The notes beneath the pieces were generated by a model, which was not told the origin of the DNA, made no database searches, and saw only the letters and a list, made by a program, of their open reading frames with translations. Made by a program: the position numbers and the translations under genes. A stretch of 64,000 bases of DNA from the human T2T-CHM13v2.0 reference genome, Homo sapiens, in assembly GCF_009914755.1 (NCBI RefSeq), contig NC_060926.1, one strand, 5' to 3'. Below are positions 15,112 to 32,839 of this stretch, in pieces (positions within the stretch are counted from its first letter, which is position 1; each line of letters begins with the position of its first letter).

Positions 15112-15447
15112 TGTCTTAGTCTGTTCTTTGCTGCTACAATAGAATACCTGAGACTGAGTAATTTGTAAAGAACAGAAATTTATTTTCACAGTTCTAGAGG
15201 CTGGGAAGTCCAAAATCAAGATGCTGACCCTTGGTCTGGTGAGGGCTTTTTTGGCTGCATCCTCACATGGCAGAAAGCAGAAGGGCAAGCTGACCTGAGG
15301 CTGCTCAAAGCCTCTTTTAATAGGGCCTTAATCCCATTAATGAGAGAGAAACACTCATGGCCTAATCACCTCCTACAGACCCTACCTCTTACTTCTATCA
15401 CATTGATAACACCTGAATTTTGGAGGGAGCACATTCAAACTATAGCA
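15112..15447 (-). mobile_element. MaLR solo LTR (MST/MLT1A-like)
   Basis: tgtcttagtctgttc...acattcaaactatagca termini. Confidence 0.8.
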
Positions 15448-16351
15448 GTTCCTAAATACTTTAGTGGAGTTGCCAGGAAGATTAAATAAGTATTTTGTGA
15501 AATCACTTAGCACTGTGCCCAACACTTGGTAGGTGCACGCATATCATTACAGATTTCATGGTGGACATTATTATGTTATATTATTAATATAATACTTTTG
15601 TGATTTTATATATATTGCTTAACCACAAGACTCTTGTTAAATAAGTCAACAAAGTAATTGATCCATCTAGCATATGAAAAAGCAAAGAGGTTTTTTTTTT
15701 TTCAAACCTTTGATATTTCCACCTTTTTTCCTTCAAGATAAATATACTGAATGCTAAATGAAATCTACCTTTTCATTACATTTCAGAGGAATTCTTAGCA
15801 CTCTTCACTGTATATTTTCTTATATTCAATTCCATATAATTCTGTTTGCAGCTTCTACTAACCTCAAAAGAAGTTCCACTTAGGAAGGAAATGGTTAAGA
15901 ACACCAGCAGTAGGTCCACTGAGCATGTCAGAAACAATATTCCTCGATTCTTGCAGGTCAAGGATTCCCTGGAATTTAAAGAAACAATAAATACAGTATT
16001 TTTTGATGTGTGGGTTCCATACACTTCCAAAATGGAAATAAGTTCAGTCCACCAGGACCAGCAATTTTGAAAAGTGAAGTAGAATAGAATAAAAAGTATC
16101 AGGGTTGATCATATGTTGTAATAATAAGTCATTATTTTGTGAAACTTTAATTTTTCTATACATATACACACATACATAGGTATGTATGAATGTGTACATA
16201 TAAATGTGGGTGTGTAAACTGAGTCACATCATAAAATGTATTTCTAATTGAAAGCCCATAAAATATCTGATACTGTGATACCACAAAGGTCTACTTATTT
16301 AAATTTTTCCACCTACATTTACATGACTATCATATACCTGCTAACATGTAA

Positions 16352-16621
<270 letters not shown>

Positions 16622-17766
16622 TAATAAATAGCATGTGCTTATGGAATTGACATGGGTGAGGAAAGGGAACAGAGATCTCTTCATTTTCATAAAGGTGTTA
16701 TTTTTTGATGTCTCCTGCTCTTCATATTTTTATTTCATAGGTTGTATACCAGGAAGGTAATTAAATTATCTTTATGTAGCAAAACATAAAGTTCAAATCT
16801 GTCATGGAAACATTTGCTGGAGGGCAGGAGGAGGGAGTGCAAGGCATTGGCAATCTCAATGGGATTACGAAGGGAAAAATGGAGACCGCGAACAAACTCA
16901 CACAGAGATGTGCAAGGGGGAACTGAAACCCTGGTTTCCTGATGCTTGAAGCAATGATCTGTCCTTGATGCCGTGAATTATTGTCACATGTACTTATGCT
17001 GTATCACTTTGGAGAAATCCAAAAGTTCTGGGCCAATCCCTCTCATCTCTGGCTACATATTGAAAACCCTGGGAACTTCTATAATGGCCTCGTCAAGGTC
17101 CCACCCTGTGATTCTGATTTCATTGTCTGGAGGAGGGCTCTGGACACTAGAAGATTGTAAAAACTCCCTGGACTAGTCCAATGTGCAGCCAGGATTGGGA
17201 GCCACTGATCTAGACAAATTATTGCTATGAAGAAGATTTCAAAGGAAATTCTACTTAAAAGAATAAAATTTCCCAGTGTATTTAAATAAAAGGACAGATG
17301 AATACAGACATTGATATAGATTTTCTTAAAAATCTGGTACACTTACTGTAAATCACTCACATGTATATATAAAGGAATTATAACCCCCAGAATATTACAG
17401 ATGGAAGCAATCTAAGATGGAACACCAAGACAAACTGCTATCCTGGATGTTCCAGCACTGTTTGATTTTCTGGTGTCTACACTTCCAGCAAAGTGCTAAA
17501 CACAGAGCAGGCTCTTAGTAAATCTAGGCTGAATTATGTGAAAATGATAAGGCAGCATGATTTACTTTTGAGTGTTAGACTTCCAAGATTAGTTTTCTCT
17601 TGTCTAAATAAGTGAAAATTTCTGATATTTGTCTAGGTGAGAGTAGGAAAAAAGTATGAAAACTCTGTATTATTAACTATCAGTATATTGTCACCCAAGA
17701 TTCCAAAAGTGGATGGGACAGCATTTATATCTTTCTAAGCAATTAATTAATGTTATATATTCCCAG

Positions 17767-17802
17767 GTCCCAGTGGTCCCCCCGGAGTTCCTGGAAGTCC
17801 TG
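17767..17802 (+). CDS. COL4A3: exon 20 (36 nt)
   Basis: cag|(G)[11 protein letters not shown](G)|gtatgt. Confidence 0.97.
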
Positions 17803-17926
17803 GTATGTCCATGTTTCTTGGGGTACAAATAGAAATGCTATTACAAAGGAAAATAAGCTGTCCTCTATTAAGTTTACATTATTTACATAAGACAAATGTT
17901 TCATTAACTGATCTAGAAGTGTTTCC

Positions 17927-18223
<297 letters not shown>

Positions 18224-19064
18224 CAGTGTTCTCAGCTTCTTAAATTGTCATCTTTGCAATTTATAGTGGAAGAAGGAGTGGAGCTGATACAAACTGATAC
18301 AGAAATGCTCTTTTTCTCTTCTCAGCAGTTTTAACTATTTGCAAAAGCTTTATTGTCCGGGATTTTTACAGTGACTTTTGGAGTATGAGCAGGGACCTTG
18401 AAACTCAGAGGAGGTACAGAAATAGAAAACAATGTCATGGTAATGAGGTTGCTTGAAAATGACAGTTTTCATAACATATCATGAGTTGCATAAGGATACC
18501 TACATTACACTTTTTCTGTAAAGTTCTAAACTTTCGTCTCTGACTCATTAGAGTGTTTACCTTTTGAGAGAGGAAAAAGAGTTGGATCAGGGATGGTCCA
18601 CAGGGACTCATCAAGTATAACTGTAGTGTGTTCTTTTTAACGAAAACAAAACTAAGAAAAAAGAGCAAAATTTGATAAACTACTGGGCATGTGCCCTGCC
18701 ACTGATCATATTTTTCTCTATATGATGTTGTATATTATACTACTTCATAATTTTGAAAATTAATCAAAATAAAGCAGACTGCAGAACTATAAGTATACTA
18801 TAATTTCACTATTAAAAAAATAGATACAGAAATGGATAAATATTATATGTACCTGAATATGCATGGAAAGATATACCTCAAACTGTTAATAGTAGATATC
18901 TCTTACAGTTAGAATGGGGCAAAAAGATATTTTAGAGCTCTGACATTAAGGAAGACCTCCTTCCCCCTGCCAGGCCCCTAAGTAAAAAAAACAAAACAAA
19001 CAAACAAACAAACAAAAAAACAGGCTCCTTTAATAAGCCGATGAGAGGAAAACTACAAAGCTCT

Positions 19065-19475
19065 AATTCCAGAAGAATTTTAGGATAGTTTTTTCTGTTT
19101 CTGTGAAAAATGGCATTGGTATCTTGATAGGAATTGCACTGAATCTGTAGATTGCTTTGGGTAGTATGGTCATTTTAACTAGATTAGTTCTTCTGATCCA
19201 TGAGCATGGGATGTCTTTCCATTTGTTTGTGTGCTCTTCAATTTCTTTCACCAGTGTTTTATAGTTTTTCTTGCAGGGATCTTTCACCTTGTTGGTTAAA
19301 TGTATTCCTAGGTATTTTATTGTGTGTGTGTGGCTACTGCAAATGGGATTGCCTTCTTGATTTCTTTTTTGGCTATTCCATTATTGGTGCATAAAAAATG
19401 CTACTGATTTTTGTATGTTGATTTCATGTCCTGCAATTTTACTGAATTTGTTTATCGGCTCTAAGAGTTTTTTTG
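19065..19475 (-). mobile_element. L1 ORF2 fragment (inverted 5' part of one insertion)
   Basis: Minus ORF 19063-19287 reads [10 protein letters not shown]...[17 protein letters not shown], classic L1 ORF2p. Confidence 0.9.
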
Positions 19476-19477
19476 AT

Positions 19478-19788
19478 GGAGTTAGGGGTGAAGAGAGATT
19501 GGTTAATGGGTACAAGCATACAGCTAGATAGAAGGAATAAATTCTAATGTTTGATAGCACAGTAGGGTGACTATAGTTAACAACAATGTATTGTATATTT
19601 CAAATTAACTGGAAGAGAGGACATGAAATGTACTCAACACAGAAATGATAAATACTTGGGTCAAAGATACTCAAAAATACCCTGACATGATCATTACACT
19701 ACACATTTGATACATGTAACAAAATCTTACATGTATCCCATAAATTAGTACAAATCTAATATGCCAAAGTAAAATGTGATTAAAAAAA
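19478..19788 (+). mobile_element. L1MA-type 3' UTR end
   Basis: ggttaatgggtacaa...agtagggtgactatagttaacaacaatgtattgtatatttcaaa...A-rich end. Confidence 0.85.
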
Positions 19789-20436
19789 TACAAAACTCTG
19801 AAATGGATGTCAATCAGAAGATTTTATCTTTGTGTTCAAATAATAGGACATAATCAGATATTACCCCGGCTGGCTTCTCAGTCCTTTGCTGGTGGCATCT
19901 CTCTTCTTAATAGTTAAACTGTTTGTGGGACAGAGATTTGAGACTGTCCCCTCCTCACATCCTCACCACTTTAAGATTAGGGTGGGGTTCGTGCCACCAG
20001 GCACGGCTCCTTTCCCAGGAGATGACTATCCCCCATCACAGCCTTTTATGTCTAAGACACTGGCAGGAATAAAGTCCACTTAACAACTTTCTCTCTTTCT
20101 CATTTTGCGCACTGGGGGCATCCTCTAGTCTCTAATAAAAAAAATCTACAAAGTAGCATATATGGAAGTATTCCTCACTTCCTTTTAAATAAAAAGACTA
20201 TAGTGCATCCCAAACTCTGTTTCAGTTTCTTGTAATAAATTTTCTTGTGGGAATGGAATGTTCTGCACTTCACTGTACTGTGGTTATTTAACAAGGCCAC
20301 AGATGAAAAAAGCAAGGATATTCACTTTTTTATTTTATATGTGTTATGTACCTCTCCATTGTGCAATTTTTATAAATAAAATTAAATCACTCTTGCAATT
20401 AAAAAATAAATTCGTATTAATCAGGAAAAAATGTAA

Positions 20437-20772
<336 letters not shown>

Positions 20773-22447
20773 TAACTGTCTGTGAAAGAAACTGATGCAA
20801 TGACTAGTTAACAAATGCAGCAAAGTCTTAGCCCGAGTTTCCCAGAGAGCAGAGTAGGAGGCAGGGACAAAGAGAGTGATGTGGGGAAGGATGGGTGGCT
20901 ATCAAGTTGGCCTTGACCAATTGCAACTGCCTGTTCAGCCCTGGAGACTATCTGTGCCAGGGGAGAAAGAGGCAAGAATTTATCCATTTGCTCCTAGTTC
21001 CCATGGGTCAAAGATTTCCCCCCAAGAGAGGAGCCGCCCCCCACCTCCCATCCTCCCACTTCCAGGCTGTGTCTGCATGGTTCCCAGGAAGTCCCATGCC
21101 TTGGCATCAGCAGGGAAGCCCCAGGACAGTAGGCCAGAGGTGTGCCGCATGGGTGTAAGGCAACATGCTATGAGGTAAAGGGGTCAGAGATGACAGAGAT
21201 GTGGCCCAATGGACTTGAAGTGGTGCTCAGAGGTCCTGACACAGGGAGCCTTTCCTTCGCATCCCTCTAGAGAGCCACTTAGCATTCTGTGTTGGCTCAT
21301 AGGTACAATAGGTCCTCACAAACATATAGATCACACTTTATATTTTAACATACCTTTTCTGGGGCCAGGTGTGGTGGTGTGCCTATAATCCCAGCTTCTT
21401 CCAAGTCTCTTTTAAGATGGAGGTTTAGTATCCTCTTTTTTTCTATGTCAAGGCTGACATACAGAGTTCACAGGGCTAATGAAGCTAAAGCTGGGATCTG
21501 GGCCCAGGTGCTTGCGGCTCTCTCCCGAAGGTGTCATGCTCCCTCTGTGCCTGCTACACTCTGTCCAGGGGTCTTTGCTTCCTACTTTCCCTTCGCTAAG
21601 CAACACCCATCTGTCCTTCAGACTTCAGCTTCAAGTTCAAGTCCAGCAGAAAGCTTTCAGTGAGTCCACATCCTGTAACCTCCAAGGTTATCCCAACTGT
21701 AGAAGTTTTCACATTGCCTTCTCTTTGTCTTTGTCAGTTTTTCTTACAAGAATCAAAGTATTTTGAGGTCAAAGACTGTGTCTTTTTGGCTGTTTAAGCC
21801 CAGTATGTAGCATGGGGAACACTGCAGGTACTCAGATATTTTTTGAATTAAGCATTAATTGAGTATGAAAATGTATAAGTATACAAAAATGTATGAATGT
21901 AGAAGTATTCATATAAGTCTACACTAAGTATTAAACTTTTATCAGATTGTACTATTTAAAGATGACCTTCCAGGTATTTTAAAGATGCAGAAAACTGATC
22001 ACAAGATGGTCATTCTGTGTTCCAACAAAATTAAATGGTTCCAGTGGTACCTTGTTCTTCTGAAATTTGGGACAGCTATGGTAGTGTTTTTAAATATTTA
22101 CTTTCATCACCATTGCCTTCAACCTGTAATTGAAATGGCAAAGCCAAAAATTAGATTACTGAACACAATTAACCAGTTTAAGAGAAGGAGCTGTTCATTG
22201 CAACATTACAGTAGCAGATAATGTGGAAGCTGAGAAGAGCTTTCTTAGAGACCTGCTTTAAGGATGACAACTCAATTGATGTGGACAAGCAACAAAGAGA
22301 AAACAGATGATACCCTGAGTCAGAATCCATTTTTCTTTTACTCAATATATATTAAGCATCTACAGTATATCAGGAAAATACAATGTATCCAAAAATATCC
22401 AGAATAAGAGTTGATCCTTTGCCTCAAGATGCTAAAGGGATTGTCTG

Positions 22448-22810
22448 TGTATTAGTCCATTCTCACGCTGCTAATAAAGGCATATCCGAGACTGGGTAAT
22501 TTAAAGAGGTTTAATTGACTCACAGTTCAGCACGGCTGGGGAGTCCTCAGTAAACTTACACTCGTGGCAGAAGCAGAAGCAAACATGTCCTTCTTCACAT
22601 GATGGCAACATGGAGAAGTGCTGAGCAAAATGGGGAAAAGCCCATTATAAAACCATCAGATCTCATAAGCACTCATTCACTATTACAAGAACAGCATGAG
22701 GGTAACTGCCCCCATGATTAAATTACCTCCCACCAGGTCCCTTTCATGACACATGGGGATTATAGAACTACAACTCAAGATGAGATTTGGGACACAGCCA
22801 AACCATATCA
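22448..22810 (-). mobile_element. THE1 solo LTR (MaLR)
   Basis: tgtattagtccattctcacgctgctaataaag...gacacagccaaaccatatca. Confidence 0.9.
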
Positions 22811-23052
22811 ACTTGGAATAATTGGAAACAACTAAGTAAGATAAAATAGGTTGATTCTGTGACCAAAAAAAAAAATTATACAATGAGCTTTCAAAGATCA
22901 ACTACCTTAAAAATACCACATCTATGTAATATGAAGGGAAGAGCTGGTCACCATGCTTTCTCAGTTGCAGATAAACTTCTAAAGACTAGGCTTCCAATAC
23001 AAAGATGAGAGAGATGCATTTTAAATAATACATATATTACAATACTTGCTAA

Positions 23053-23208
<156 letters not shown>

Positions 23209-23661
23209 TAATGTTGTATTAGGATAAGCCTTTTTCATCGTCATTATTATCACTGATTTTTCCCCCTGAGATAACAATGATCCCAAATAGCTACCAGTCA
23301 GTGATGACTTATTTTCCATTAGCTAAAAGTATTCATTTATCTGTAAATCAATAATTTATTTGGCACCCATGCAATAAATTGTTGGATATCCCTAAAATGT
23401 GAGTTTTTGCCTGCATGCAAGGAAAGAAACACTGAAATAGATGTTTTATGTTAGACTTTTGGAATTTCCCCTTTCAGAAGAACTGTATAGCTCAGAACAT
23501 TAAAGTAAGCAGATCTATAATAAATGAATTTTTAAATTAATATGTATAACGTCCTAGATAATTTTCACTACATAAAAATGTTTAAATGTAATAAATGATA
23601 GTGTGGTTGGAAAATATTTGTTCTTTCTGAGGACTCAATGTAGCTTTTTAAGTAATGCTAG

Positions 23662-23919
<258 letters not shown>

Positions 23920-24849
23920 TAAAGTCAGCCAAAATCCAAGAAAAGCTGGTATTTTTCCCTATTCCATTTTAGTTGCTGACCCCTAGCAAAGTATTGTGTT
24001 AGGCAGGAATTGTGAACACAGAGTCCTACAAGAGAACAGCAGTTAACTGAAGGCAGTGAAGCAGCTGCATGAAACACACACCCTCTTTCTCTTCCATAAA
24101 GAAATATGCTCTCTCCCTTTTTTTCTCAAAAGACACAACCCTACTCAGTCCATTTTTTCATGTTCCTACTTTTAAAAGAGTCATAGAAAAATGTGGTATT
24201 TCACTTTCTTCTTAAGGATGCAAATGCTCTTTAAAAAATTGCAACATCCTCCGTGCTGGGGACAAGAGAGTTGCAGAAATGCAATAAACAAACTGAGGGT
24301 ACATTTGAACGGGCCAGCGGGCACTTGGCTGCAGCCCATTGTTACTGTGCAACATGTCAGGCCCTGCATTAATAAATCTTCCAAGTTTTCATGAGAAGAA
24401 AGGAATTGGAATTTTTATTTAAAATCTCATGGTGTTTTTTTAAAAAAATATTAGCCACTAAGTCAAATTTTGAAAGGAAAAAAAAAAAACACAACATTTT
24501 ATAGCCAGTGTCCTGAGGCTTAAATAAAGGATGAGTCACAAGCCTTCTCTTGACAACTGTGTGCCAGGCCAGGACTCTCCACACCACACGGTTACTCCCG
24601 GCTGTCACCACCTCTGCTTTCGACCTCCCCGTCTTCAGTCACAGAACTGCCTATGGGCAAAACTTTGAAGTACAAAACGTCTCTGTTTACTGACTGGGTT
24701 CCTCTGCCCCTCGGGCCACTCCCCTGACTACACAGGGCCTCTCTCTCCCTCGCTACCACCCACAGTCCTGACTCTGCCACCAGCACCTTGGTCTTCAGAC
24801 AATGTCATCAAATTATGTATCATTGACCATTGAGAGGTGAAGTTACAGA

Positions 24850-25040
24850 GCCCTTGGCCTGTGTGTTGGGCGCTGTTCTAAGGGTCTTATGTGCCTCCAT
24901 TCCTTTATCTCTCACATCAGCCCGAGAGGCTGGTGCTATAATTAACCGCATTGGACAGATGAGGAAGCCGAGGCATCAGGTGGCATAGCTAATAACATGG
25001 TAGAGACTGAACTGAAATCTAGACGCGTGCTCTTACCCTC
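24850..25040 (-). mobile_element. MIR
   Basis: Core cattggacagatgaggaagccgaggc. Confidence 0.6.
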
Positions 25041-26586
25041 CACGCCTGCATCCCCTGACTGCGGTGCTGTCGCCTGTCTCCTAGGGGGCTGCTTTTGGGG
25101 AGTTAATCCAAAGGTCTACCTGACAACCTGGATAGGGAACATTATACATTATCACTGTCCAGTAGCCATTTGCATTGGCATAGGGTCTTCTGGGAGACTG
25201 GGTCTCAATCCAAAGATGAAAGACTAATGGCGGCAGCCGTGAACACTGTGGTCAGCCACTGGATGACATGCACTTGGGCAGGGATCCTTTGTCCCCTCAG
25301 ATCCCACTCACTTCTCCTTTATGAAGGCCTCTGCTACTTTCAGTGGCTGCCCCTGCCCTGACTCACAGGCTTGTGAGGGAAGGGGCAGGGGGGAGGTAGG
25401 AGCTGTTCCTCTTGTTACTCCTGTTCAGTATCCAAATATCCAGCGGAAATGTTCTATTAAAACAAAAACCAAAAGGAAGAAAATGAAGGAGGGAAATAAG
25501 GAGGAAAACTAATAAAAGATAAAAAATCATTATTTTCCTATACTCTCCTTGAGTCTCCTCTTTGGCTCAAGGGGAGCAGGTGAGCAGCTCACTGATGCTG
25601 ACCACTTATTGCATTGTTGCATTTTCCATAGTTTCTCTACATTTGGCCTATCCAGGTGCAGCTCAAAGAAGATATGTAAGCAGTAAAATGGTTTGGATCA
25701 CTATAAAAAGATACACCCCAGCTCAAGATCTTGCAAAAAATAGAATCTGAATAAATATGTGTTGATTAACTGACCAGAGACCCACCCAGAAGGTCATTTA
25801 AAGGGATCATCTTGATAGAGATATTTAAATACCTATGGGAAGTATAAAATTGTACAATAAAATGCAATTTGGCAAGAGACATTCAAAACCTTAGAAAAGT
25901 TTGAGACTATTTGGCTCTGCTATTACACTTTTAAAAATTTATTATAAAGGAAATAATTGGATAAATTTGGAGAGCTAAATACCCAGAGACATTTTTCAAA
26001 GCATTGTTCACAACAGCTAAAAGTTGAAAAATGTCTACCTAATGTCTAAATGTCTAAAAACAGCATTTAGCTAAATAAATGATGGCTCGCCAACACAATA
26101 GGCAGCATGCAGCCATTTAAAATGAAGCTATAAATTCATACTTATTGACATATGTATACTATAAATCCAAAATAGTGTGTCTACGAGTCCTATGCACTTA
26201 TGGATATAAAAAATGTATCATTAATTTACATTAAACTTTGGCAAATATTATCTTCTGGTAGATTTATAGGTGATTTTTAGTCTCTTCTTTCTGCATAATT
26301 TTCTTATAATGAGCATATATTACTTTTAAAAGTAATATATACTCAGAAAAAATAAAGATATATTCTTAAAATTATGAAGATAAAATTTTAAGAAGCTAAG
26401 ATCTGAGTTACTTTTTACATGATCTCTTGTTCTGTTATTTACTCCCATTCTCTTATTGCATTTATGTTTTATGATAGAAGTTGTCTTTCTTTCCCCACAA
26501 GGAAACACTCTATTTTCTTCATACATTGTATTACCCTGTCTACTTAGAGTTGGCGTTCAATGAGGAGTTAGTTAATAATTCGTTGA

Positions 26587-26700
<114 letters not shown>

Positions 26701-26849
26701 TGACAAATTGCACACTCTAGAAATATGGTTGCAACACACTTACCAGTTTGGTGCCTTGCAAACAGTAGGCACTTAATAGATACCTGTTGATTAAATGAAT
26801 AAATCTGTGACTGATTAAGTGAATGAGTCAATGAATTTATAAACAGTTT

Positions 26850-27075
26850 GAAATGGTATCAGAAACAGAAAGCAGATTAGTGGTTGCCTAGGGCTGAGAG
26901 TGGGAACAGAGGTTCATTGCAAATAGGTTTGAGGGAATTTGGGAGAGTGATGGAGATGTTTGAACGTGATTGTGGTGATTGTGGCATAATTCTATAAATT
27001 TACTAAAAATCATTGAATTGTACTCTTATAAAGGAGAAATTTTATGGTATGTAAATTATACCTCAATAAGTCCGT
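26850..27075 (+). mobile_element. L1M 3' end fragment
   Basis: agaaagcagattagtggttgcctagggctg...tttatggtatgtaaattatacctcaataa. Confidence 0.75.
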
Positions 27076-27453
27076 TAAAAATTAGAATCTTGACTGTCAT
27101 AGTGAATCAAAAAGTTATAGATAAATATACTTAGATCAAACTATTCAAAGAGGCTTGTTAAAATTTACCAATATTCAAACATAACCTGTATTATGGTGAT
27201 TGTTCTATGGTATTAAATTATATTATTGTCTGTATTGCTTTGAATTATACTATCTAACTGAATTATTTTTCAGTTTTGGAAGTTAACAACAAAGCAAAAC
27301 AAACAAAATGCTTGTAATAATAGTTGTGGACCAAAGAGTGTGTTGAAAAAATTCATGTTAAAATTGAAAAGTTCTTGTCCACACTGTTTTTAAGATTGAC
27401 AGAAGAAGAATTCTAACAAAATACAATACAGATTCATTTGTGTACTACCCTAG

Positions 27454-27645
<192 letters not shown>

Positions 27646-28141
27646 TAGCAACTTTACCCTCCCTATAAATGAAGTACTCTGAAGTTAAGAGATAAAGTGA
27701 TTTCTTTTCCAAAAATGGTTGGCCGCTCAGCACAGTTCATCACTCTAACTGCAGAATGAAACATCTTCAAATTAGCAGGAATAACCCAAGCAAATAGTTA
27801 TAGTATTTTGACAGAATAAATAGGTAGCATTCAGTGATTTCAACCAATCAAAATTCTACATTGATAATGACCCCATCTCATACACAAATTACAGTTCCAT
27901 ATTTGTATCAAATGAGTCTATGGAAAAGTTCAGAAAATGATGTATAGTAGAAAGTTTAGTAAATATTTTGGGGCGATGTCCATATTTTTAAATAAAAATA
28001 AATGCATAAGAAGACAGCATATTTAGGGGTATGGTAGTCAAATAAAGAGATTAAATGTTTTGTCATTCATTTAATTTTATGGAAATTTAATCCCTTTTCA
28101 TGAGAGAGTTTCTCACATATTTAATTGAGGTAATACCTACC

Positions 28142-28456
<315 letters not shown>

Positions 28457-29584
28457 TAAGATTTATTTTAAAATGTCACAGAGTGAGAGGGTGAGCACCT
28501 GTCATCATAATGTATTTACAAGAGGTTTGCAAGGGATGCTGCCCAAACTATTCTATGAAATACCAGTTTCTCCCAGGGCTAATCTGTGTTAGCCAATAAA
28601 ACAGATCTTACCTCAAAGAGGTTTGGAGAAACTTGGTAAACAAATTTAAAGATTCATTTACAGACCCTTTAATATCAGAATATGAACTGTGAGTCTTCCA
28701 CATGAAGATAAGCTATCTGGTCTTTCCTAAATGCTTCTGACTACAAAACCCTTTTTGGCTGGCAGCATCTATGGTGCCAGCAGTTCTCAGACCCTGCCTT
28801 GGCCAAGTCCCAGGTTGTTCACTTTGTGGTAGTTATGCTTATAAAGTGACAGTGCCAGAATTCTGATGGTCTAATATTAAGAGAATTTGTATGATGTCCC
28901 TACTTGCATCTCACTGATTTTTCTTTATAAGTTCTGGTAAAGATGCTCCATAAAGTAAATGAGAGAAAAATCAAGGTGGTGATTTGTTGAGTCTTACACC
29001 CTGTCATTAAAAAAGGAGACAGACCACTTAGCCATCTGATGATATTGAACAATGAAAAATTGAGTCAAATTTATTTCAGAGGGCCATGTTGGGAAGGAAG
29101 AGGGCTTAAATTATTTTGTCAAATTCAATTTCTTTTAAATCTACAAATCATTTTCAAGGTTATAGCATATGAAGATTTAAAAACTAGACAGTTTATGAGA
29201 GAAAATGGAAGTGGGAAATCCCCTTTGTCATGAAAATACCTGGTGAAACCAGAAATAAAGGTTTGCTGTGCTCATTTTATTTCAGAAATGTAACATTATC
29301 ATGAATATCACCACTAAAGTCATTTGAACTATTGGTCAATTTGAACATAGTTTTAGTGGCTATTACCATATGGGAGACCCATCATTGTAAGATATCTCAA
29401 GTGGGACTCAAGACAGTTCCAAGTTCAAAAAATGTTGCTAAACTCCAAAGGACACAAAACGGAAGAAACCTGCAGTGCTCTTACTTTAGTAATAATTCTC
29501 ATCAAATGCCAAATGCTTTTAATTCAAGATCTCAATGACAGCCTAACTGGTATTCATATTTGGAGGATGATTAACCTGTTGTAA

Positions 29585-29845
<261 letters not shown>

Positions 29846-30088
29846 TGATGGTTTCTAGAGCTAACGAAGCTTCTCCAAGACTAAGGAAAATATAGAAACT
29901 TGCTTCTAACGAATAGAATATGTCAACTCACAGATACCAGGAAAGAATATGTAGGGTATGTTAGAGAAAACTCATTTTTTCTCCATTACTGGGCAATTCA
30001 ACTGAAATTTCCTAGAATATTCTATATCTATTACATACATACATATATATATATGAAATGAATAGATCCTAAGCGTTATTGCAAATTT

Positions 30089-30394
30089 GTTTTTTGTGGT
30101 TTTCTAGAGACAGGGTCTCACTGTGTTGCCCAGGCTGGAGTGCAGTGGCATAATTATAGTTTACTGCATCCTCAAACTTCTGGGCTTAATAGATCCTCCT
30201 GCCTGGTCTCCTGAGTAGCTGGGGCTACAGGCACGTGTCACCACGACCAGCTAATATATATTTTATTTTTATTTTTTGTAGAGACAGGATGTTGCTGTGT
30301 TGTCCAGGCTGGTCTCCTACTCCCAACCCCAAACAATCCTTGCTTCAGCCTCCCAAAGTGCTAGGATTACAGGCGTGAGCCACTGTGCGCAGCC
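30089..30394 (-). mobile_element. Alu (J-type)
   Basis: Diverged antisense dimer (gagacagggtctcact). Confidence 0.9.
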
Positions 30395-30547
30395 ACAAAT
30401 TTGTTGATTTTGATCCATAACTCCATAGGCAGGTTACAAATAAAACTTTAAAATATCTAAGACAAATGAAGGAAAATGGTCTGATAATAGTTTAAAAGTC
30501 CAGGTAACTTTTGGGATATACATATACTGGCCGTAGTTCTGGATTCA

Positions 30548-31021
<474 letters not shown>

Positions 31022-31147
31022 TCATCAGTAAAACTTTTTGAGTGCACAACCTTACATTATATGTTATAAATGTATGCATCATTTCTGTCCACACATGTAT
31101 GTAAATCTTATTTTATGACTTTCTCTATATATTAAATAAACAAATAA

Positions 31148-32171
<1,024 letters not shown>

Positions 32172-32614
32172 TGATTTCTAAGTGTGAATCTTTACTAAAG
32201 GATTCCATTGTCATAAAATATATTATTACCAAAATTGTCCCATCACATACTGTAAACCTATTTTTTTCTATAAATAAATGACTATATGGACAACACTTAT
32301 CACTAAACATGTTTTTAATGTTTGCCACTGTGGTCAGAATATTATCTCGTGTCCTTATCTGCTAGGTAGGCATTCTTTCCCCCGCGACAGATGAGGAACT
32401 TATCAGAGAGGTTAAGAAAAGTGTCCAAGTTTACAAACCAATGTCAGCCTTGCCCATATCAAAACTTACTGTTTTGTTCAATAGCCTTCCTGTGGAAACT
32501 AGCCACCCAATAAATAAGTATCCTATCAGTATTCACTAACGTTTAAACTTAATTCCATATTATCAATTTTTTGGAATAGGCTCTTTTCAATAGACCAGCA
32601 TGTTGGGCTATTAA

Positions 32615-32839
32615 TTTCCCTTTTAGAAAAAAAAAAAATTGCAGCTCGCTGCCAGCGCTCATTTAATTTTACATAAACACATTCTTTGAGGCTGAAGCAA
32701 ATCTGATTTTCAATGTGAAATAAAATACAATAACTGTTCTTGGAGTTATTTCTAAACAGAATTTGTCTCTAATCCTAATGTAAGAGGGTAAAGTTAGGAC
32801 CGTCATCTGTGAGTTATCTCAGAGTAAACAGGAAACAGG
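32615..32839 (-). mobile_element. MER75B-like piggyBac non-autonomous element
   Basis: gcagctcgctgccagcgctcatttaattttacataaac...ctgttcttggagttatttctaaacaga matches MER75 end; TTAA on both sides. Confidence 0.8.

Noticed and set aside
19063-19287. ORF with reverse-transcriptase-protein similarity
   Set aside because: Short dead fragment of L1 ORF2, not a functional gene.
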